64,000 nucleotides of DNA, taken from positions 153,414 through 217,413 of the IMG/VR virus record IMGVR_UViG_3300023174_000046, one strand, 5' to 3'. Positions within the stretch are counted from its first letter, which is position 1, and each line of letters opens with the position of its first letter. Below the pieces are notes generated by a model, which saw only the letters and a program-made list of their open reading frames with translations, did not search any database and was not told where the DNA came from. Position numbers and translations under genes: made by a program. This document shows positions 57,714 to 64,000 of this stretch, piece after piece.

Positions 57714-60086
57714 TTATCCTGGTAAATTCTTAACAACAGTTATATTAGTACCACCTGCTATGCTTTGACCTGCACCAGCAGTCCAGGTGGCATCGCTGGC
57801 TCGAGCATATATTGTACGGCCATTGAGAGTACTTAATGAACCTGCTTCATACACAGTCAATGGAGCAAAGGAACTGATGGTGAGCAAGCTTGTGCAGTTG
57901 TATAAAAACAATCCTCCAATAGATGCAATGCCATTGGGTATGAGTATATTGGTTAAAGACGGGTTTTGTGCAAATGCATAACTGCAAAGGATTGCAGTGC
58001 TAGTGTTTGCTATGTTCACAGCAGTTAATGAGTTTAAATTGAATGCAAATCGACCAACTATGGACACGCTGCCGGGTATGCTCACAGACTTTAACGCATT
58101 GCTTGCAAATGCACCATCACCAATGTATGTTACATTGCTGGGTATATTCACTGCAGACAAATTGTTGCCTTGAAATGCATTGGTACCTATGCTTGTCATA
58201 TTGTTAGGTATAGTTACAGCAGACAATTGATTGTATAAGAATGCACCTATACCTATGCTTGTCATATTGTTAGGTATGTCTACAGCAGACAATTTGTTTT
58301 GTGCAAATGCATAGTCAGGTACAAAATTTATACCAGTCCCCAGTGTAAGGATGGATATATTGTTGCTTTGAAATGCACCTCCACCCATGCTGGTGACAGT
58401 GTCAGGTATGCTCACAGCAGACAATTTGTTGCCGTAGAATGCAAATAAATTAATATTTGTCACGCTGTTGGGTATGGTCACAGCAGACAAATTGTTTAGG
58501 CTAAATGCATAATTTCCTATGGTTGCAACGCTACTGCCCAATGTCAAGAAGGATATGGTGTTGCTTTGAAATGCATAATTGCCAATGGCTGTCACACTGT
58601 TGGGTATGTTCACAGCAGATAATTTCTGGTTATTGAATGTACTTGAGCCAATATATTGCACACTGTTGCCCAGTGTCAAGGAGGATATGTTGTTGCTTTG
58701 AAATGCAGTAGAATCAATATATGTAACTGAGTCTGGTATGTTAACTACAGTTAATTTGTTGTTACCAAATGCATACTCTCCTATGTATGTGACACCATTG
58801 GGTATGGTTGCAGCAGACAAATTGTTGTTGGCAAATGATTGATATGCAATGTTGGTCACACCATTGGGTATGACAATGTCATTCAATCGATTGTCCTTGA
58901 ATGCCTGGTATGATGTGAAGGACAGACCAGTTGGCAGTGTTACAGCAGACAATGCATTGGCAGCAAAAGACAAAGATGCACCAGCTGCACCTTGCTTGGG
59001 CAAACTAACTGCACTCAACTTGTTGTTGGTGCAATACAAGTTTGATATATTCCTACTGCTAGCCACATCCAGGTATGTTAATGCATTGTAATTGCAATTC
59101 ATTTCTTTTAATGCAGAAAGGCTTGACACATCCAGAGATGACAGACTGTTGTAATTCACATAAAGATATTGTATGTTGTTGCATCCTGAAAAATATATGG
59201 AAGAAAGAAGCAATCCTCCTGTTCCAGAGCTGTAATAGCCTTCATAATTATTAACAAAAACACTGATTAGCTTAGGAAGATTGGTGAAAGTAAAAGATGT
59301 GAATTGATTATTTTGCATATAAATAACTTCTAAATCCGTGCATCCAAAAAGATTCACAGATGATAGCCGATTGGATGCAATATTAACAGAGTTTATTTTG
59401 TTGTTGTTGGAAAGATTCAGTGTGGTAAGTTTACCGCCGGGCGCCTGTAAAGATGTTAAGTTCGGAACATTAGTCAGATTGATGGCGGTTAAATTATTGT
59501 TGATACAGTAGAGAGAATGAAGACTGCTGAGACCAGATGCTTGAACAGAAGATAGAACATATTGAAAACCGGCATCATGTTGATAGCTACAATCCAGTAA
59601 CTCTAGTGCAGGCATCTGAGCAGACAGATTGTTCAAAGATGTAAACCAATTAGAATTGCAGTTCAACTGCTTCAGCTTGTGCAAGCCAATGACAGGCAAA
59701 CTTGTAAGTTTATTGCTATTGCAATCTAGTATTTCAACATTTTGCAAATCAAACCCCGTGGTAGGGTCAATTGAATCCCACCCACCCAGCATAGTGGCTA
59801 TTTGCAAATGCTTTACCACTGGTGACAGTATCAGGTCTTCCTGTTCTATGTTATTGTATGACACGTTTAGTTTTGTTGCCAAGGGAAACTGTGTGGCATC
59901 AAAATAATCAAACAAATTGCTGCTCACATCCAGAGTCACAATATTATTTTTACCTGTGATTGCTTGCATCCAGCTGTTCAGCTGACATTCAGCCATGGTC
60001 AAATCCAACTGAGAACAACGGGATGCATCCACACCCTGCATGGGTATTCCTGCAACGTATAACCGGTTAATTTTACCTGTTTTCAT
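57714..60086 (-). CDS. Leucine-rich repeat protein (internalin-type LRR + BspA/LRR_5)
   Basis: L.C..N.L..L repeats then IP.SVT.IG..AF..N.L repeats; in frame with the upstream ORF across one TGA. Confidence 0.88.
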   Translation of the reverse strand: MKTGKINRLYVAGIPMQGVDASRCSQLDLTMAECQLNSWMQAITGKNNIVTLDVSSNLFDYFDATQFPLATKLNVSYNNIEQEDLILSPVVKHLQIATMLGGWDSIDPTTGFDLQNVEILDCNSNKLTSLPVIGLHKLKQLNCNSNWFTSLNNLSAQMPALELLDCSYQHDAGFQYVLSSVQASGLSSLHSLYCINNNLTAINLTNVPNLTSLQAPGGKLTTLNLSNNNKINSVNIASNRLSSVNLFGCTDLEVIYMQNNQFTSFTFTNLPKLISVFVNNYEGYYSSGTGGLLLSSIYFSGCNNIQYLYVNYNSLSSLDVSSLSALKEMNCNYNALTYLDVASSRNISNLYCTNNKLSAVSLPKQGAAGASLSFAANALSAVTLPTGLSFTSYQAFKDNRLNDIVIPNGVTNIAYQSFANNNLSAATIPNGVTYIGEYAFGNNKLTVVNIPDSVTYIDSTAFQSNNISSLTLGNSVQYIGSSTFNNQKLSAVNIPNSVTAIGNYAFQSNTISFLTLGSSVATIGNYAFSLNNLSAVTIPNSVTNINLFAFYGNKLSAVSIPDTVTSMGGGAFQSNNISILTLGTGINFVPDYAFAQNKLSAVDIPNNMTSIGIGAFLYNQLSAVTIPNNMTSIGTNAFQGNNLSAVNIPSNVTYIGDGAFASNALKSVSIPGSVSIVGRFAFNLNSLTAVNIANTSTAILCSYAFAQNPSLTNILIPNGIASIGGLFLYNCTSLLTISSFAPLTVYEAGSLSTLNGRTIYARASDATWTAGAGQSIAGGTNITVVKNLPG

Positions 60087-60089
60087 GTG

Positions 60090-60596
60090 TCAAATGCCTC
60101 CATTCACATCACAGGATGTCACTTGCACCAAGCGCGGTGCAGCATATGGATCATCTGGTGCAATGTAGTGTTCAAAATATAACTCATCACCAGGGACACC
60201 TGAGCCAATGACTTCAGATGTGCCATCCCAATATTGCACAAATGCATACCCCGTGGATGTGTATACATATGCATATACATATTGACCTGGATCAACATTG
60301 TAATACAAAGACACAGTCTCTGCCACAATAGGTGCGGCAGGACTGCCTGGATCTGCTCCAATGCCTTCTGCCACATCTGCATGCGACATGTGACCATGTG
60401 TGTGTTCCTCCAGCTCATGTCTGGCCTCTTGAATCATCTTCATTTGTTGCTGTTGATCAAAAGCCATGCTATCATTGATCATTCTTTTCTGTTGTTGATT
60501 GGGACGAGCAGGGCGCCAAGTATATGTGTCTGGGGGGTAGTTAACTGTTCTGCCGGGATCGGTGAGCGCATTTAAATAATCATCAAACCAGTCCAT
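60090..60596 (-). CDS. MDWFDDYL leader module + N-terminal part of the LRR protein
   Basis: N-terminus duplicates 56635..57705; late TAAATA. Confidence 0.7.
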   Translation of the reverse strand: MDWFDDYLNALTDPGRTVNYPPDTYTWRPARPNQQQKRMINDSMAFDQQQQMKMIQEARHELEEHTHGHMSHADVAEGIGADPGSPAAPIVAETVSLYYNVDPGQYVYAYVYTSTGYAFVQYWDGTSEVIGSGVPGDELYFEHYIAPDDPYAAPRLVQVTSCDVNGGI

Positions 60597-60834
60597 ATCT
60601 AATTATTTATGAATAAATAAAATAAAAATAGGCTGGAGCTTGAGTGAATAATCACATATAATAACAACATGCCCAAGAAGAAAGTAACATTAAGAACGGT
60701 GAGAGAGCTGGGTAAAAGGATTGCAAAGAACAAGCCTTTTGTAGGTGAATGCATTGACCGAACTTCTGGTAAAATCATTAATTTGGACGGTCGGCTTGTG
60801 AGAAAATTAGGAAAGAAATCTAAATAATATTGAT

Positions 60835-61347
60835 ATGGTTAATGATAGTCACTTGATATTTGAAAATTATGTGGATGGCATCTCCAAAAGAAAAGGTGAG
60901 CTGGCCGGAAACATCATGGACATTGTGAGATACGGTATTCCTTCCAAAGAAGAGTTTATTAAGATCAGACAAGAACTGCATGACAAAACAAAAGAAATTT
61001 TAGACAGAGGTACTCCTGCAACAGAAGAAGAGAAACACCGAGGCAGGCAGTTGATAGGCATGATAAGATCCTACAGAGCTCAACATCCCAATGATCCTCC
61101 TGTGGCTAAAAACCTGCATCATGCAGAAGAGAGTGCAGAAAATACACAGCCTGCAGATGTATCCAATGAAATCAGAATCAAATTGGGACAAGCCTATAAT
61201 ATAGTCAAAGGTTTAATTGAGCTGCTGGACAAGACACCCTCAGAACAAACACCATACAATGAGATGGCCATAACCCATCTGGCCAATCTGGAGGAAGATT
61301 TAAAAGAATTATCCATGATGCTTCAAGACAGAATGCTGGGTAAATAA
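60835..61347 (+). CDS. Putative internal head protein (LIFE leader)
   Basis: MVNDSHLIFENY; EESAEN linker; TAAATA 60821. Confidence 0.65.
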   Translation: MVNDSHLIFENYVDGISKRKGELAGNIMDIVRYGIPSKEEFIKIRQELHDKTKEILDRGTPATEEEKHRGRQLIGMIRSYRAQHPNDPPVAKNLHHAEESAENTQPADVSNEIRIKLGQAYNIVKGLIELLDKTPSEQTPYNEMAITHLANLEEDLKELSMMLQDRMLGK

Positions 61348-61352
61348 TTGAT

Positions 61353-62225
61353 ATGAGAAAAGATGATCATTTGATATTTGAATCTTTTATTAATAAGAAA
61401 GGTGATGCTGGCGTTGGTCGGCCGGCTTCAGAAGAAGAAATTAACGTTAGTAAAGCTGATCTGAACAAGGATAAACAATTGAGTGATTATGAATTGGCCC
61501 GGGCTAAAGCCATGGACAAAGCCATGCACAAAGATGAACAAGCAGAGAGCAAGTCTACAGGCCGAGGTGCAGTGAATGACATAGTGGTTTCAGAGTTGCA
61601 TAAGATACATACAGCATTGAATCAGATGTCTAGCATGATTGATTTAAATCCTAGTGCAGAGGTGGATCAATTGTTATCTAAGATAAGGGATGTGGCTGAT
61701 ATGCTAATTGCAGAAAGGCCTGCAGAGAATGAAGAGAGTGCGGATGAAAGAAAAGAGCGGGTACAAAGAGGATGGGATATAAACAAGAAGAGATGGGCTA
61801 AATGGAAGATGGAGAATCCAGAGGCTGCTGCTAAACATGCTGCAAAGAAAGCTACTGGTAAAGAAGAGAGTGCAGAGAATGAACCACATGGTTATCCTCA
61901 GGGAATGACAGCTATTCAGAACTTGTTGTTAAATGAATTGAAGAAGTATGGCTTTGAATTAACAAGAATTAGTCATACAGATAAAGAGAGAGACAAGTAC
62001 CCAACGGTATTCATGCATAATAAGAGTGGACCGATGCATAGGGTAGTAGAGATTAGCGGTATGGGTGAGATCAATGGTGAGCCTTATAAGAAGTATCTGG
62101 CTGATTTAAAAGAGAAAATCAAACGTTTATCTGGTATAAGACCTGAAAATCCAGAAGATCCTTATTATGATACATGGCAGAGCATTGCTCAAGATCATGC
62201 TGGTGAAGAAGAAGAAGATTGCTAG
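61353..62225 (+). CDS. Modular putative internal head protein (LIFE leader)
   Basis: MRKDDHLIFESF; EQAE, ENEESADE, EESAENE linkers; ADLNKDKQLSDYE. Confidence 0.65.
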   Translation: MRKDDHLIFESFINKKGDAGVGRPASEEEINVSKADLNKDKQLSDYELARAKAMDKAMHKDEQAESKSTGRGAVNDIVVSELHKIHTALNQMSSMIDLNPSAEVDQLLSKIRDVADMLIAERPAENEESADERKERVQRGWDINKKRWAKWKMENPEAAAKHAAKKATGKEESAENEPHGYPQGMTAIQNLLLNELKKYGFELTRISHTDKERDKYPTVFMHNKSGPMHRVVEISGMGEINGEPYKKYLADLKEKIKRLSGIRPENPEDPYYDTWQSIAQDHAGEEEEDC

Positions 62226-62412
62226 ACAGTATAAAAAGCAGTTGTTTTGCCAAAAAGCACACGTAAAATTACAAAAAGCATAGTGTATTCTGCAAAACTA
62301 TGATGCTTTATCTGAAGAGATATAGTAGATCATAACAAGAAACATGCCGGAAATACAGAAATACCGATAAAAAGAAGTTGACTATTACGGAGACTCAGCC
62401 ATAATAATAGGC

Positions 62413-62745
62413 ATGATCACTTATACAGGCTACAAACAATACCCACAACCTACTGATAACGATAACGCACACCCTTTACTACCCAATGCACCTATAGGCC
62501 TACCCCTAGAAACCATCATGTCGCTATCAGAAGATACCAGACAGCTGTATGATCTGATATACGATTACTGTACCTATGCTAGTGACCCCCAATACCAGAC
62601 ACTCCACAAGTTCCGTAACCGGATAGCTCGCATAGAGAATACCGTTGAACGGGATATACTCATTGCTTACTTTAATAACGATCCTGCTATTAAATGGAAT
62701 GGCATGACAGAGGCACCTTACGAATACTATGCTAAGCCTTACTAA
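62413..62745 (+). CDS. Hypothetical early protein (C-rich coding strand)
   Basis: TTGACT-16-CATAAT-7-ATG. Confidence 0.6.
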   Translation: MITYTGYKQYPQPTDNDNAHPLLPNAPIGLPLETIMSLSEDTRQLYDLIYDYCTYASDPQYQTLHKFRNRIARIENTVERDILIAYFNNDPAIKWNGMTEAPYEYYAKPY

Positions 62746-62817
62746 ACGTGAGACGACTATTATCCCCGTTTGGTTATTATCCTTGACTCGTATTATACGT
62801 ACACATATAATATACAC

Positions 62818-63102
62818 ATGAGCCCGGCAGCAGACATTGAGTGGATTCAGCAAGAAGTACTCAATCAAGTGGATGTTGTTGTGGAGCAGTTTACTGTATA
62901 CGATCCACACAAACTACTAGACCTTAGCAAGGTGATTGTTAGTTCCATTATAGATAAGATTGATGTGGCCCATGTACTTGGCATGTACTATCATATAGCA
63001 GCAACTAAGGATACTGTGTCTGCACCTGAAGACCGTCTACAGTGTGTGTATGATCATTTTAATGAATGGGTGGAATTAGAACTGGCCAAACGGTATGCTT
63101 AA
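62818..63102 (+). CDS. Hypothetical early protein
   Basis: TTGACT...TATAAT-6-ATG 62818. Confidence 0.55.
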   Translation: MSPAADIEWIQQEVLNQVDVVVEQFTVYDPHKLLDLSKVIVSSIIDKIDVAHVLGMYYHIAATKDTVSAPEDRLQCVYDHFNEWVELELAKRYA

Positions 63103-63343
63103 TGTGGCTATTGATGTGTTGTGTGCTGGCATCATACCCTTCTTCTTTGTTTGCTTTGGCATCATTTGGTTTGTATTTAAGATTATAGATATTTTTAAGA
63201 AGAAGTAAAGCTTCTGTAACTCCTTCATTTTGGAGGTTTGCTAAATGGTTGATCTCCCCTACCATACTGTAACTACTTGATACTACAATTGTATTTGTAG
63301 TTTGTTGATTCACAACAATCCAACCACCCTTCATACTCAACAC

Positions 63344-63357
63344 CTTTACGCGTAAAG
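63344..63357. other. Perfect 14-bp palindrome CTTTACGCGTAAAG near the C/G skew switch
   Basis: Read directly. Confidence 0.7.
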
Positions 63358-63503
63358 TAGCGGTCCAGAGCCCCCCTCTCCTCTCTTAATTTTCAAGATG
63401 GTTCCGCTTTCCCTAACTTATCCATATAGTATAAAGGAATTGCAGATTTGGTCAATATGTATTTTGTTGTTGTGTTGAAGCAAACTTCCCATATAATATA
63501 AGA

Positions 63504-63674
63504 ATGAAAATTAATAAAAATGAATTGAAGGTGGGTTACATATTTGAAGGTGGTGAGGGTAGTGATGAAATTGTAGTGCATATTGATAAAGATGATGGGA
63601 TGGTTTATTGTAGGCATTTAGAGGAAGATGGTAACAGATATAAAATTGAAAGGGATGGTAGTATTAAAGTTTGA
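63504..63674 (+). CDS. 56-aa protein with C-depleted coding strand (below ORF-track cutoff)
   Basis: MKINKNELKVGYIFEGGEGSDEIVVHIDKDDGMVYCRHLEEDGNRYKIERDGSIKV; 4 C in 171 nt. Confidence 0.6.
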   Translation: MKINKNELKVGYIFEGGEGSDEIVVHIDKDDGMVYCRHLEEDGNRYKIERDGSIKV

Positions 63675-63676
63675 GG

Positions 63677-63705
63677 TTGACAAAATATTAAATTACAGAT
63701 ATAAT
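63677..63705 (+). promoter_or_regulatory. Perfect sigma70 consensus promoter
   Basis: TTGACA-N17-TATAAT, ATG 6 nt later. Confidence 0.9.
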
Positions 63706-63711
63706 ATAAAA

Positions 63712-64000
63712 ATGAAAATTAATAATAGAGAATTGAATAAGAAAGTTAGGGAATTGTTTGTTAAGAAATTGAATATGGAAGGTTATGATGGTAGTGTTAA
63801 AGTTAAATGTAATTGTGAGAGGTATAATAATGAATTGTGTAATGGTTATAAGATTGTGTGGAAGAGTTATGGATGGTTTGGATATGAAAAGGTTTGGAGA
63901 TATATTGTAGAAGAAATTAATAAAATTGATAGTGGTTGGGTATTGTTAGAAAGTGCAAGTTGGAGGGGAGATGGTAATGTGTGGGGAATGAGTAAAGAAT
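63712..64000 (+). CDS. Early protein with nearly C-free coding strand (3'-truncated)
   Basis: MKINNRELNKKVRELFVKK...; one C in 289 nt. Confidence 0.7.
   Translation, partial: MKINNRELNKKVRELFVKKLNMEGYDGSVKVKCNCERYNNELCNGYKIVWKSYGWFGYEKVWRYIVEEINKIDSGWVLLESASWRGDGNVWGMSKE

Noticed and set aside
57465-60596. Diversity-generating retroelement TR/VR pair
   Set aside because: The duplication is N-terminal, differences are not adenine-specific, and no reverse transcriptase is in the window.
63393-63617. Minus-strand 74-aa ORF
   Set aside because: Shadow of the C-poor + strand; the + ORFs have promoters and related N-termini.
1-64000. Stop-codon reassignment
   Set aside because: Core genes are intact in the standard code. 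TGA (many ATGA overlaps) and TAG both end genes, and no suppressor tRNA was seen.

Overview
64 kb of a large, AT-rich T4-like (myovirus-type) bacteriophage genome using the standard genetic code. It contains a sugar/small-molecule modification cluster (1-5.7 kb), a virion block (portal gp20, neck gp13, head-completion gp4, gp15, an RCC1-repeat protein, a long tail fibre; 8.9-19.3 kb), many small early ORFs and four tRNAs (Leu-UAA, Ile-UAU with a long variable arm, Ile2-CAU, Arg-UCU). It also carries UvsE, an RNase H/5'-3' exonuclease, RmlB, a RadA-like ATPase and a host-type envelope cassette (PEP-CTERM, H-X9-DG pseudopilin, FecR-like). That cassette points to a Verrucomicrobia/Planctomycetes-type host (inference). 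The most striking unexplained signals are: (1) two early genes at the right end whose coding strand is almost free of cytosine, next to a palindrome and a skew switch; (2) an L-S-A / L-[ST]-[AG] tripeptide imposed on unrelated virion-type folds, a candidate sequon for phage-directed virion glycosylation; (3) tandem LCIB/theta-carbonic-anhydrase genes under a late promoter; (4) two families of putative capsid-targeting leaders on modular cargo proteins, including a HiPIP-like Fe-S domain; (5) a largely leaderless promoter architecture; (6) candidate recoding sites (an A-AAA-AAG -1 frameshift and a single in-frame TGA); (7) an Arg-leader/preQ1-like pseudoknot attenuator. All protein calls come from motif recognition by eye; no searches were run.
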